Shown here in pieces: positions 11,999 to 23,051 of a stretch of DNA of 64,000 bases. Source of the DNA: Corallochytrium limacisporum Hawaii. Lineage: Eukaryota; Protista; Pluriformea. The notes beneath the pieces are model-generated. The model searched no databases, was not told the origin of the DNA, and saw nothing but the letters and a program-made list of their open reading frames with translations. The first letter of the stretch is position 1. The number at the start of each line of letters is the position of its first letter. The stretch lies in assembly GCA_002811645.1 (NCBI GenBank), contig PDIP01000038.1, positions 59,129-123,128 on the forward strand. The letters are read 5' to 3'. The position numbers were made by a program, and so were the translations under genes.

Positions 11999-12638
11999 TG
12001 GGTGGAAAGGGGGCCGGTGTTTGAGAACCGTGCCCGGCCCTCTTCCCTTTCGGAGGCGGGGCTCCCATCGTCCTTCCCGCTTCTCACCCCCTTCTGTGTG
12101 TCTGGTGACTTTTCTGGGTTCCCGCAATATTTGACGGTGTGCGCGGGGGCCGTGTACCCAAATTTTCTTGTGCGTGTCCGCTCATTCCCGGTCCACAAGC
12201 ACCGCAAGTTCTTTGTCCCTGTATGTCTCATCAGTCCACATATCTCGATTCCCAAAGGGGATATGCACACACAAGGTCACGGACCGCCAAAGACGGGTCC
12301 GGAAGAGTCATCGCTGACGTGTCGAAGTCATGAAAATTAGGGTTGCTCACCAATGGGTCTCTTTTCTTTCAACTGGAAGCTCAGGGAAACAATGACTTTG
12401 GTGACAGAGGAGAAAATGTTTGTTACCGCAAGGACCGTGTGCACAAAGTCTGCTATTTCTGATGCGACGGACTCCTATTGGCAGGCAAAGATTTATTCTG
12501 AGTACGATGAATCGGTGTGTATTGTGGGGAAGAAGCGTGGAACAAAGGCCTGGAAAGAAGAGGGAGACCTGCAGACCTCTGGAAGAATGTAAGCACAGCC
12601 GGTGAACTCCCCTCGAACAGTCCCAATAACAGAATAAG

Positions 12639-15083
12639 ATGTACAACGACGGGTACAGTCACTCAAACATCAACTACTTCGTTGATGCGTTGATCAGCCG
12701 GGACGAGGATGAAGCCGCTCTGGATGTGTTCGAATCGCATGGCGCAGTCCCCAATGGTACGTCACCAAACCCAGGAAACCCGCTGCCACCACCACCGGGA
12801 GGAGATGACTCCAGTTTCAACCTTACCTCCATGCAGGCTGCGTTTGTGCAGACCTTTGTGCTCATGTTCATTGGTTACTTTAGCGTACGGATAGGTTTTG
12901 TGCCTCATTCGCTAACTCGGGCCCTGAGTGTAGTCGTGACAAAGTTCACTTTACCGGCATTGATTTTCCTGGCTCTAGGAGAGGCACATATGGGTAAGAC
13001 CATGGGTGACTTTGTCCTGGGTGTTTTGGTGAGCAAGATGTTGGTTTTCATCGGAGTTGTGGTGGTAACATTTATTGCAAGCGGCAATAGTCTTGGATGG
13101 ACCTCGACTGCAGGCATTCGGGGTATCTTTGTGACCCAATCCAATGATTTTGCGGTTGCGCTTCCCATCTTGAGTTCCTTGTTCAAAGATCCTCATTCAA
13201 ACTATATTCAGATGATTTATGTTGTAGCGCCCTTGCAGCTGTTACTCATCAATTCGCTTGGCTACATTCTCATTGAAAATGGCAAGGCGTCCACAGATAT
13301 CAATTATTTCAGTACGGGAGCCGATCGGAGCAAGCTGTATCGGTACTGGGCTGTGTTTGCTTCGCTGGCACAAAACCCGATCACAGTCATGACCGTTGCC
13401 GGTCTACTCTGCAATTTGATATTCAACGGACATCTTCCTCGTATTTTCACCACGATTCTTCAGCCGCTGTCAGACGCATACATTGCAACAGCGTTGCTAA
13501 CTCTTGGTATGAGTCTGAGCGGAAGGGTTGGTGGTCTGAGCATCGATAAGTTCATGCTCCCGTTGATCCTTTCTGGAGTTAAGATCGTGATCCTCCCGGC
13601 AATCATGCGGCCTGTTGTGTCCATGATTGCTGGCAGTCGTGACCTGGCAGTCTTCTCGTTCCTTTACGGCATGGCGCCAACTGCTCCGAGTGTCTATTAC
13701 TACAGCCACTACTATGATATTGAGCCGGAGATCATTGCACCTGCGACGGTACTCTGTACCATATTGTCCGCACCCGTGCTCTACTTGAGCGCCGAGGTGG
13801 TAGCCATGGGATACGGTGACAGCAGTCGCCCCGGGGTTGTCAGTACTCTAGTGAACAGTCTGACGGGTATCTCAGAGGCCAGCTTTTTATGCATCGTGCT
13901 CCTGAGTCTGCTGTTCTTTGTGGCCCAGAAGCGCACAAAGTATCCGTATTATCGCTATTTGCCTTACATACTCAGCGTGCAGGCTGCGCTGAGCATCACC
14001 GTGACCATTCGTGAGTTTGCGAAGTTGAGCTACACTGTAATGGAGTTCAGGCAAGCATTTGAATTTTTCTTCTTGCAGCTGACTCGATACTTCACCATGG
14101 TTGTCTTTGTGCATATGGTGTACATGCACTCTACGGGACACATACATCTGCCCCGATGGGGTGAGTTCCTTGTCCACGGCATTGCCTGGATCATCCTACC
14201 AGCGGTGACCGTGATCCTCGGTGTTACCGGATCATTTCGTTACAACTGTGACTCGGAAATTGATCCCATTTATTGCTGGCCGTACCGGGTAAGCAGTCCA
14301 GCCACGCACATCAGTATGGCTTTCATGTGTCTTCTTGTTGGGACAGTGGGTGGATCTCTGATATGGCTTCGTCGAATTTCCTCCCGCGCAAGAAGTCCAG
14401 GAGGCCGTCCAGACTATGGCATATACTTCCGTCGCGACAGCACCACTCTGCCCGGCAGTGTCACGTCAGTTAACCAAGTCACGGACGGCGACAATATTAC
14501 CACCGACGGCGTCGTCAATCCTGCTCTGCTGGCCCAGAGCATGGAAGTCGAGCGCGACAGTGAGGAAGGCAGCGAGGATGAGGAGTGGAACAACTACAAT
14601 GTCCGAGTTTCCCTACAGCAGACTCCGTATGATGAAACGTACTATCGCAATACCATATGGGGGTTGTACATGATGATGCTGAGTCTGTGCGAGGTTAGTC
14701 TTGACACCTACACACTCTACCTCAGCAGCGATGCGCTGATCATGATTGAGTTTAAATACCTGGTCGGTGCGCTGCACTACGGTGCCGGCATAGTCGCTCT
14801 GCTGATCTTTGGCCTTGGTCCTCGGGTGCTCAACCCAGCGCGAAGCCTAATGTCCTGGATCCGCAATCCACGAGGCAACCCCGTCAACCTGCTTGATGAC
14901 ATTCGGAGCGGTGAACGTGACGGCCTTGATAGCGACGCAGTGATTGCGGACGAATGGACCTCCCTGCCAGTTGAGGGCATGGATGGAGAGATCGCGCCTG
15001 CGACCTACAGCAATCTGTTCGAGCGGCAATATGATGGCACGATGGGTCTGCGACGCAGTGATCTGCGAGGATCCTCTGGGTAG
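12639..15083 (+). CDS. GPR155: GPR155/LYCHOS-like membrane protein (PIN-like transporter domain plus GPCR-like domain), no DEP domain evident
   Basis: 814 aa, multi-pass. FVTQSNDFAVALP matches GPR155 FATQSNDFALGYP; QMIYVVAPLQLLLINSLGYI, NPITVMT and FLYGMAPTAPSV match the permease half. A second block of about 7 hydrophobic helices with a long cytosolic loop follows. Confidence 0.85.
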   Translation: MYNDGYSHSNINYFVDALISRDEDEAALDVFESHGAVPNGTSPNPGNPLPPPPGGDDSSFNLTSMQAAFVQTFVLMFIGYFSVRIGFVPHSLTRALSVVVTKFTLPALIFLALGEAHMGKTMGDFVLGVLVSKMLVFIGVVVVTFIASGNSLGWTSTAGIRGIFVTQSNDFAVALPILSSLFKDPHSNYIQMIYVVAPLQLLLINSLGYILIENGKASTDINYFSTGADRSKLYRYWAVFASLAQNPITVMTVAGLLCNLIFNGHLPRIFTTILQPLSDAYIATALLTLGMSLSGRVGGLSIDKFMLPLILSGVKIVILPAIMRPVVSMIAGSRDLAVFSFLYGMAPTAPSVYYYSHYYDIEPEIIAPATVLCTILSAPVLYLSAEVVAMGYGDSSRPGVVSTLVNSLTGISEASFLCIVLLSLLFFVAQKRTKYPYYRYLPYILSVQAALSITVTIREFAKLSYTVMEFRQAFEFFFLQLTRYFTMVVFVHMVYMHSTGHIHLPRWGEFLVHGIAWIILPAVTVILGVTGSFRYNCDSEIDPIYCWPYRVSSPATHISMAFMCLLVGTVGGSLIWLRRISSRARSPGGRPDYGIYFRRDSTTLPGSVTSVNQVTDGDNITTDGVVNPALLAQSMEVERDSEEGSEDEEWNNYNVRVSLQQTPYDETYYRNTIWGLYMMMLSLCEVSLDTYTLYLSSDALIMIEFKYLVGALHYGAGIVALLIFGLGPRVLNPARSLMSWIRNPRGNPVNLLDDIRSGERDGLDSDAVIADEWTSLPVEGMDGEIAPATYSNLFERQYDGTMGLRRSDLRGSSG

Positions 15084-15183
15084 AAACACTGATACATGTC
15101 ACTCTTACGTAAGACTTAATCATGTAATAATACATTTGTTTGGAATCCCTTATTCGATTGGGACAAGATAGTGAAAAAACTGG

Positions 15184-18100
15184 CTATGCAGAAGCGTCAT
15201 ACTGACGCAAAATTTCTGGATAGATGACTTCGAAGGGGATGCGCAGGGAGGTAAACAGCTCGTTCTGCTCCACAGCCTGAGCCACCAGCATTTCGATGCC
15301 GTAGACAACTGAGCAACCATGGCTCTGAGCGTACTGTAGCATGGGTGTGACCTTGGGACGGTAGGCAGCATCAAGTACCACGGGACCGTTGCGGAAAATC
15401 GCCGAGCTCTGGTCGAACGGCAGGTCAGAATTGCCCGGCACAGTGCTGCAAATGACATCGAAGGCAACCTCGTCGCCGTGAACTGCGTTCACACCGCTCT
15501 CCTCCGAAGCCGGCTGGCATCGCATTGTCGTCAAGTCCTCAAGGACGTACGCACCAAAATCTTCGGCCAGGGCCTGTGCCTTGGATGCGGTGCGATTCCA
15601 CACAACCAGGCGCCTGACGCCGAGCTGACGCAGGGCGTAGCAGGCCGCGCGGGCGGTACCACCAGCACCCAGGACGAGACCGTCGCGCAAGGGACCGGAG
15701 CGGTTCTTGGCGTTGAGGCGCGCCTGAATTGGGTTAAGCATGCCGAGCCAGTCTGTGTTGTCGCCCACGAGCATATCTTTCTCCTCGTTCGGCACAACAG
15801 TGTTCACTGCGCCGATCATGGTTGCGGCGGGCGTCAAATGATCCAACAGAGGCATGACATTTTGTTTGTGTGGTATGGTCACGCTGGCACCACCAAAGTC
15901 GGAACCGGAACCTTGCTTGCGCATGCGCCAAGCCTTGAGAATCTGCGTCATTGTCTCCGTACCGGCATCCTCGGCCAGACCATAGGTGTAGGGCAAACCG
16001 GTGAGAGCATAGCCCATGTTGTGGATAGCGGGCGACATACTCTTGCTAATCGGCGATCCAAATAGTACCATGGTCTTGTCTGGCAGCATACCAATACCGG
16101 CACGTAGTTGGTTAACCTCCTTCAGGCTTAACTGACCTGGAGCAGCCTTGAATGGTAGGGACGGATGGCTGACTGGAGTCATGTAAGTGTTTAAAACCCG
16201 ACTCAATTTGCCACACTCGCCCATAACCAGCGAGATGATCGGTGTATGCTTCGGCACTGGAGTGTCACGCACGACACGCTGCATTTCCTGGACGTCCTGC
16301 CTAGATCGTCCCTTGACCACAATCTTCACAATGTCACCGGCACCCTCATCCCAAGCGTTCACAAACTCAGCCTCGACTTCCTGCCACCTCCAGTCCGGAG
16401 TTGTGAAGTGGCACGAGGAAATGATACGGAAAGCATTGGTCTCCTGGCGGCGCTGAATGATATGCCTTCGAATTGGCTCCGGGTAAGTGGTCTCAACGTC
16501 AATGAACTCACAACCAGTGGCAATTCCCATGTCGAGTAAGTCATGTAGCTGGGTCTCGTACTTGCGGACTTTAACATCGCCGTTGTCCTCGACCTTAGGA
16601 CCCAGTGTCGGATGGTCCGGGTAGCGTCCACCTTGGGTCATGGTGCGGACAGTGAAAATAACGGGACGATCTGGGCACAGACGACGAAGGGCAAACACCT
16701 GTTCACCAACACTGATGGGGTCCCAGTCGCGCAGCAAATCGACACGGAGCTCCAGAGCAGTGACTCCAGCGGTGACCTCTGTAAAATCAACCGGCTTCCC
16801 ATTCAGGTCACGAGTTAGGCCAGCAACGGTACCAGCTGTCAGGCTGAGGAAGTAGGACGGCACCTCAGGCTCAGAGACCACTTGCTGGGACGGAGCCACT
16901 AGCAGAGACTCTGTGTGCAGAACAGGACGTCCCGTGTAGGCACGAATGGCCAACGGCAGGCTCTCTGCAATGTCTTTGCTTGTTATCCGCTTGATTAGAT
17001 CAGCAAGGCTGCGGTTGATCTTCATGCACAGCTGCTTTTCGTGGCTACTGAATGTCTCGTCTTCAAACTGTAGGTAGGTCAACTGTTCTCGCATGCTACC
17101 CACAAAGAAGGCGTACTTCGAGCACGCGTTGTACAGTGGCTTGCGGCGTTCGTATACATCTCGGGGGTGTACATCATATTGCGGACGATCTGTGTCCTTG
17201 GTCAAGTACTCGACGATATCATCAATGGGCCGGTATAGGGAAATGACACGAGGGTAGTTCCACAGCATTGTGCGGGCAGCCTCTGTCTCCACAATACCAC
17301 CACCACAGCTAATAACAGTCTTAGTAGGGTGTTCCTTGAGAACAGTGGCCAGAGTGTCGATTTCCAGATCACGAAAGGCATCCCAACCTCGAGAATGGAT
17401 GATGTCTTTAGCGGTGCATTCGTTCACACGCTCGATCTCATGATCAATATCCACAAAATGCCATCCTAGCAACTTGGCTGCCCCTTGTCCACAGCTTGTC
17501 TTGCCAGCACCGCGCATACCAATTATCACCACGCTTTCCGCCACCTCATGCTCGGTACTCTGGTTTGTGGTCTCCTTGTGCAGAGAGTCCCACTTAGGCT
17601 CTACACCGATGACATCGAATCCCATGTGCTTGGTAAGATCATCCCAGAAAGTTGGGTAAGTTTTCTCGACACAGTTTTTGTCCGTGATGATGATGCCAGG
17701 GACAACTGTGGCGAGCACAGCAAAGCTCATCGCAATGCGATGGTCATCGTAACATTCGACGGGGACACCAGTGATTTGATTGGGGTCTGTTCCAGTGATG
17801 GCTAACCCATCTTCAAGCTCCCAGCACTTGACACCCATGCGGGTCAGTTCCGTGACCATGGCAAGAATGCGGTTGCATTCCTTTACACGCTGGTTGGCAA
17901 TGTTCACAATCTTGGTCACCTGACCTTCCTCAGCAACTGCAGCCAGAACAGTCATCGTCATAAACGCATCGGTTGTGCTGGCCATATCAATGGTTCCAGG
18001 GGCCTGCAAGCGCTTTCCGTCTTTAGGTCCAGTTACAGTGGTGGTCCCTTCAGTCTGACTCACGGTACATCCCATCTTTGCAAGTAGTTGACAAAACTCT

Positions 18101-20034
18101 GCATCACCCTGCAATGACGCATTACCTACATTGGTTACGGTAATAGTGCGGCCAGTAATTGCCGCCAATGCCAGCGGATACGTGGAACTAGATGCATCGG
18201 CTTCCACCATGACCTTCCCGGGGCTCACGAAGCCCGCCTCGCCGTCAGATTTGAGCGGAACGGCATAGTCCGCAGAGCTCTTTTTGTCGACTGTTACTCC
18301 AAAAGTCTTCATTTGCTGCAAAGTCATGTCAATGTACTTTTCAGAGACCACCTCACCGCCGGCAAGCTTCAACTGGACCTTCTTCACGGCATACGGAGCC
18401 GAGAGAAGAATCGAACTAACGTACTGCGAAGACACAGAAGCTCCCAATTCCATTTCTCCGCCAGGGAGTCCTCCGGTCTTCCTTGCATCAATAGTAACAG
18501 GCAGACATCCAGGCCGTTCACAGTATTGGACGCCCAATCCATTCTTCTCCAAGCAATCCCCAAGATCGCGGATGGGGCGCACCTTCATTCGGTGGTTTCC
18601 GGTCAGAGTAACAGCATTTCCTGTCAACGAGACCGCGGTGGTCAAGAATCTGCTGGCAGTGCCGGCGTTACCCAAATAGAGTTCAGTGTCGTCCTGGGCA
18701 GTAAGCATACCATCTGCCCCTTGGATTGTAACAGTTTCACCTTTGTTACTGAGTGTGACTGAGATGCCGAGCCTCTTTAGTGCTTCCATCATGACCTGTG
18801 TGTCATCGCTGTGCAACAGGCCCTCGATTGTGGATTCGCCCTTTGCAAGTGCGGCTAAAATGAGCACTCGGTTGGACAGAGATTTCGAGCCCGGAACAAC
18901 GATTTCTACCGGTTTGCTTGAATCGAAGCTCTGCTGTGGGGTAACCTGGCACCATGGGCTGAGAATGTGCTCTGTGATAGCCCGCGGCACAGGGACGGCC
19001 TTGTTTTGATGCGTCACACCAATTGTCTCCAGCAATGACATGTTGATCTGACCCCCAGTATTCTTCTTATCCACAGCCATTTTGGCCATAAGGTCCTTAA
19101 GTTTTAAATGTCTTGGCATGGTGACCTTATGTCCGTAGGTGGTAACAATGGATTGCATTCGGTTGCAGTCTGCTTGACTGAGCAGGTTCATGGCCCGGGC
19201 AATCTCACATTCCTTGACTATGCCAATGGCAACGGCCTCGCCGTGGAGCATTTGCGGCTGGCACAGTGCCTCGATGGCGTGGCCAACAGTGTGACCATGG
19301 TTTAAAATTGCGCGCAATGCACCTTCCTTCTCATCGCGGGTGACTACTTCCGCCTTGATGGCAGCACTGCGCGCAATAATGTGCTGCAGGTGTGGGATGC
19401 TCTTTGCTTGAATAGCATCACTATGGGTCTCTAGGTAGGCAAATAAATCTGCATCCCAGATTGCACCCGTTTTGATCACCTCCACCATGCCATTCAACAG
19501 TTGGCGTTGGGGTAGGGAGTTGAGGAAGTGCAGGGAGATGTAGATCGCAGAAGGTTGATGGAATGCACCGATCAGGTTCTTCCCTGCCGGCACGTCCAAC
19601 CCGGTCTTACCTCCAATGCTACTGTCCACCATGGCCAGCAGAGATGTGGGCATCTGACATACTTTAATTCCCCGCATATACGTAGAAGCTATGTAGCCTC
19701 CCATATCACCAATGACGCCACCACCAAGGGCAAGGAGTAAGGCCTTGCGTGTCAGGGCAAGGCCGAGCATTGCATCTTCGATCCGTTCTTTGGTTAGGCG
19801 ATTCTTGGAGGATTCACCCGGGGGAATGGCCAAAATATTTGTTCTGATACCCAATGCTTCCAGAGCCGCCTTCACCTGCTGACCGTAGAGCTTGTCCAGG
19901 TGGTAGTCTGTGAATATCACCACTTGCTCAGGCTTTAGGCGCTCACTAATGTCCTTGGCTGCAAAGGCGAGGACATTCTCACCAACAAAGATGGTCTCAG
20001 AACCCAGAATTCGAATCTTTTCAATACTTCCCAT
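15184..20034 (-). CDS. ARO1: Pentafunctional AROM polypeptide (DHQ synthase, EPSP synthase, shikimate kinase, type I DHQase, shikimate dehydrogenase)
   Basis: 1616 aa with motifs in canonical order: LGGGVIGD, MVDSSIGGKT and LNHGHTVGHAIE; PGSKSLSNR, LGNAGTASR, SSQYVS, RVKECNRI and DDHRIAM; GMRGAGKT and GGGIVE; ELRVD, FTVRT and AAPGQ; SKSMSP, SVTIPHK, GAVNT, NTDW and GAGGTARA. Confidence 0.98.
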   Translation of the reverse strand: MGSIEKIRILGSETIFVGENVLAFAAKDISERLKPEQVVIFTDYHLDKLYGQQVKAALEALGIRTNILAIPPGESSKNRLTKERIEDAMLGLALTRKALLLALGGGVIGDMGGYIASTYMRGIKVCQMPTSLLAMVDSSIGGKTGLDVPAGKNLIGAFHQPSAIYISLHFLNSLPQRQLLNGMVEVIKTGAIWDADLFAYLETHSDAIQAKSIPHLQHIIARSAAIKAEVVTRDEKEGALRAILNHGHTVGHAIEALCQPQMLHGEAVAIGIVKECEIARAMNLLSQADCNRMQSIVTTYGHKVTMPRHLKLKDLMAKMAVDKKNTGGQINMSLLETIGVTHQNKAVPVPRAITEHILSPWCQVTPQQSFDSSKPVEIVVPGSKSLSNRVLILAALAKGESTIEGLLHSDDTQVMMEALKRLGISVTLSNKGETVTIQGADGMLTAQDDTELYLGNAGTASRFLTTAVSLTGNAVTLTGNHRMKVRPIRDLGDCLEKNGLGVQYCERPGCLPVTIDARKTGGLPGGEMELGASVSSQYVSSILLSAPYAVKKVQLKLAGGEVVSEKYIDMTLQQMKTFGVTVDKKSSADYAVPLKSDGEAGFVSPGKVMVEADASSSTYPLALAAITGRTITVTNVGNASLQGDAEFCQLLAKMGCTVSQTEGTTTVTGPKDGKRLQAPGTIDMASTTDAFMTMTVLAAVAEEGQVTKIVNIANQRVKECNRILAMVTELTRMGVKCWELEDGLAITGTDPNQITGVPVECYDDHRIAMSFAVLATVVPGIIITDKNCVEKTYPTFWDDLTKHMGFDVIGVEPKWDSLHKETTNQSTEHEVAESVVIIGMRGAGKTSCGQGAAKLLGWHFVDIDHEIERVNECTAKDIIHSRGWDAFRDLEIDTLATVLKEHPTKTVISCGGGIVETEAARTMLWNYPRVISLYRPIDDIVEYLTKDTDRPQYDVHPRDVYERRKPLYNACSKYAFFVGSMREQLTYLQFEDETFSSHEKQLCMKINRSLADLIKRITSKDIAESLPLAIRAYTGRPVLHTESLLVAPSQQVVSEPEVPSYFLSLTAGTVAGLTRDLNGKPVDFTEVTAGVTALELRVDLLRDWDPISVGEQVFALRRLCPDRPVIFTVRTMTQGGRYPDHPTLGPKVEDNGDVKVRKYETQLHDLLDMGIATGCEFIDVETTYPEPIRRHIIQRRQETNAFRIISSCHFTTPDWRWQEVEAEFVNAWDEGAGDIVKIVVKGRSRQDVQEMQRVVRDTPVPKHTPIISLVMGECGKLSRVLNTYMTPVSHPSLPFKAAPGQLSLKEVNQLRAGIGMLPDKTMVLFGSPISKSMSPAIHNMGYALTGLPYTYGLAEDAGTETMTQILKAWRMRKQGSGSDFGGASVTIPHKQNVMPLLDHLTPAATMIGAVNTVVPNEEKDMLVGDNTDWLGMLNPIQARLNAKNRSGPLRDGLVLGAGGTARAACYALRQLGVRRLVVWNRTASKAQALAEDFGAYVLEDLTTMRCQPASEESGVNAVHGDEVAFDVICSTVPGNSDLPFDQSSAIFRNGPVVLDAAYRPKVTPMLQYAQSHGCSVVYGIEMLVAQAVEQNELFTSLRIPFEVIYPEILRQYDASA

Positions 20035-21510
20035 AGTTGGAGCTGATTTCCGCGATATGTACTAAGTTGCTTATTTGGTCATTCAGCACCGCACAACCGG
20101 TTTCGCCGTCGTGTAAGTTTGCTGACAGAAGATGCTCCCTGATCGCAAATGTGCCTCTCCTAGCTTGTTGTAAAGTCAGGGCTGGCCTCATTCACAAAAT
20201 GCAGAACATAATTTCAGATGTCATCAATCAGAAGACGCTCTCCTTGATGTACCTGTGTGTTGCGTTGCTTGTGTGTCAAAGGTTCATCGCTTAGTGTGGC
20301 AAACTCAGGGACACTTCGGATTCCCCTCCCTCACGTGCGGGGTTGTGTACAAGCAGTAGTAAAAGACAAGGGTGGCTTTTGCCGGCGCAAGGAAAGGTAT
20401 CTCTCTGCCCGGCAAGTTTTTGATACTGAATGACCGTTGAAAATTTCCGCCAATTGCTTGGTGAGTTCTCCAGCTGAACACGCATCTCTTCTGGTGCTCT
20501 CGCCGCCGATTACCGAATGGAGCGGTGCATTCCGGAACTCTGGATATGTGTCAACATCATCACTCAATGGCTTCTTTGCCAATCCCAAATATATGAATAT
20601 CTAGCTGTCGGAATGGCACTTGGGCAGCGATGACCTATCAAGTGGGTCCCTTTCTTTGCGGAGGACGGGGAGAACCCACACTTTTATTTACACAACAAGA
20701 TGAGTAAGAATATGGGAGTCTATTTTATGCTCACTCCCGGATATGATATACGGATTGTTAAGGGCTCAGCAGGTCGCTAGGGTGAGTCTGTGCCTACGGC
20801 GGGTTTGGCCGGTGGTGGAGGTTGGGTGGATTGGGAGAGTGATTGTAAGCCACAGCACCGGCAGGGCAGAAGGCCCTCAGTATGTCATCAAGAAACCACA
20901 TGCCAATCTTTGGACAAGTCAGGCACGTGTGTAATAAGCACTGATTTCAATTTATATCCATGCAACACAGGAATCCGTGACAAGCGCGGAGTAGAAGAGA
21001 ATATTAGACGTGAGGTGAAAGGATCAATGTCGCAAATATACGGAGATAGCGTATGCTCTCTGTGTACGAGAGTCGCAGCAGGCTAGCAGCCGTGATAGGA
21101 TCTATGTCTTAAAACAATTAGCACACGATGGAAGCAATGGGGACCTGTGCAACGTCTGCAATGCGGAGACTCAAGCGACCCGCCTCTTGGAAGACCGTAG
21201 GCAGGTGGCGAAAGCTGAGAAAGCGCTCGATCGGGAACGGGACGATTTGGAGAGTCTAAGCTCACATGCACGCAGTGACCACCAGGCCGACAAGGGAGAA
21301 CTGCTCAAGACGGGTGAAGGTAACTTTGATGGTGGACCTCGCTCCATGTCATCACTACGTGGGTCATTTGGACAGTTACGCAACACCAACTCGCGATATG
21401 GATCAGGTAAGACGGGACGAGATATCGAAAGCACCACTACATCTCGACCATGTCATTCAATGGCAAGCTATTTTCGTTTTAATACAATAACCACAGGGTG
21501 CCGGGCAACT

Positions 21511-22521
21511 CTACTTCTTCCGATGTTTGCCTTCAGCAGCCTTAGCGCGGGCCACAGGTCCCTGGCGCTTCTTCCTTGCACCCTTCTCATCTCCGTTGGC
21601 AGCGGCCCGCTTGGCGGCCGCACGCTTGCGCTCCTGACCAGCAATGTGCTGATTAGTGGCTACGGTGGTGTTAAGAACGGATTTCGTTTTGCGGTTCAGG
21701 ATGCTATCCAAAATGCGAGTGTCGCGGTTCTTTTCTTCACCCTCCTTGAATACCACCGGGTCAAACTTCCTCTTCTTACCTTTCTGTTTAACTTCATTGC
21801 GCAGATTTTCTTGGAAGCGACCAAGGGAGGCAGTACTAGCCCGCGTGCGCAAAATGTTGTTCTTCAGGTACTGTTTCTTCTCAAACTTGTCCTTGTTGGT
21901 GACTTTGATATCGTCCATGGGTAATCCTGCCAGCTTGGCCCGCTTTTCTAGGTTGCGCTGTTGCTGGCTCTTGTTCTTGGCCACCCGGGCCTTCTTCTCC
22001 TGAGCCTTTTGCCCTAAATGATCTGCAAAAGGATCCGCCTGATCGGGCAATACTGTCAACCACGGGTTCTCGGTCTCCTTGCCCACTCGGTTACGACCAT
22101 GCCTTGCCCGCCATTCTCCAGCGTTCTCGTCGAACACCTTGACACTGCGCTTGCGCTTGGTAATACCACGCTTTTTGGCAAACTCTTCCCACTTTGTTAG
22201 TGTTTTGGGGGGAGGCAGAGGCAGCTTACGGGGAAACTTTGTGCTACCACCGGGGAGTTGAGCGACCACTACACGATCCACGTGTTCGGTGGGCAATTCC
22301 CAAATCTGGTTGACCAGGAGCTGAGCATTTTCTCGCAGGTGCTCATCAATTACTGCCCGGGCTTTCTTTCCCACAGAGCTTCCCTGGAATACTGACAAGT
22401 CGGGGCCGGCAGTATCGAAAACAGAAAGGTTGCCAACATCATAGTCGGGCTCAACCTCACGGTTCACCTCTGCGGAAGCGCACTGGCTTTTTGCCCGTTG
22501 AATGATCTCAGCCGCAGACAT
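21511..22521 (-). CDS. RRS1: Ribosome biogenesis regulatory protein RRS1
   Basis: YDVGNL, RENAQLLVNQIWELP, FPRKLPLPPPKTLTKWEEFAKKRGI and STASLGRFQ motifs; Lys/Arg-rich. Confidence 0.95.
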   Translation of the reverse strand: MSAAEIIQRAKSQCASAEVNREVEPDYDVGNLSVFDTAGPDLSVFQGSSVGKKARAVIDEHLRENAQLLVNQIWELPTEHVDRVVVAQLPGGSTKFPRKLPLPPPKTLTKWEEFAKKRGITKRKRSVKVFDENAGEWRARHGRNRVGKETENPWLTVLPDQADPFADHLGQKAQEKKARVAKNKSQQQRNLEKRAKLAGLPMDDIKVTNKDKFEKKQYLKNNILRTRASTASLGRFQENLRNEVKQKGKKRKFDPVVFKEGEEKNRDTRILDSILNRKTKSVLNTTVATNQHIAGQERKRAAAKRAAANGDEKGARKKRQGPVARAKAAEGKHRKK

Positions 22522-23033
22522 TGTGTTTTGATCTGGGCTGTACTAAACCTGTATCTCCTTTAACCACAATATGCTAATGAACAGCTCTACGATACTATGT
22601 CCAGCAAGATGTACCGTCTACTTTGGTTACCCGAAGTCAAGACCTAGCCCGTTCTCAACCACAGTACCCTTCACAGAGTCACCACACACAGCATTGGTAC
22701 TATACGTCGATAAACCTAGCATATGTAAATACCACTCAGGCCTTGCAAGATTCACTAGGCAATTCCAATGGACTGTTCGAACGAATATGCTTATATGGAC
22801 TCGGAACAGTGCTCGGCCGTGGTAGACCACCAGGTGACAAGCTAGTGTCGCGGGGCGCGGGACCGCGGATCCCCACCCACCACGCGGGTCTCTGGCCCGG
22901 AGGTGTGTGACCCGCGCGGCTGGTATTGGGAAGGGGCCACAGGAGGAAGCGAGAGAGTCCCTCCCAGAGGAACCTAAGAGGTAAGGAATTTTACTGGGGG
23001 GACTAAATGGAACGGGGTGTGCATTGGGATGGG

Positions 23034-23051
23034 GAGAGAGAGAGAGAGAGA
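23034..23051 (+). repeat. (GA)n microsatellite
   Basis: About 9 GA units in the spacer between RRS1 and the Bud21-like gene. Confidence 0.8.

Noticed and set aside
12353-12592. 79-aa ORF ending 46 bp upstream of GPR155 (possible uORF)
   Set aside because: No motif and no evidence for the TSS; ORFs of this length are common by chance.
21187-21924. 245-aa plus-strand ORF as a stand-alone gene
   Set aside because: Starts at TTG and more than half is antisense to RRS1; only the intergenic part is kept as a weak finding.
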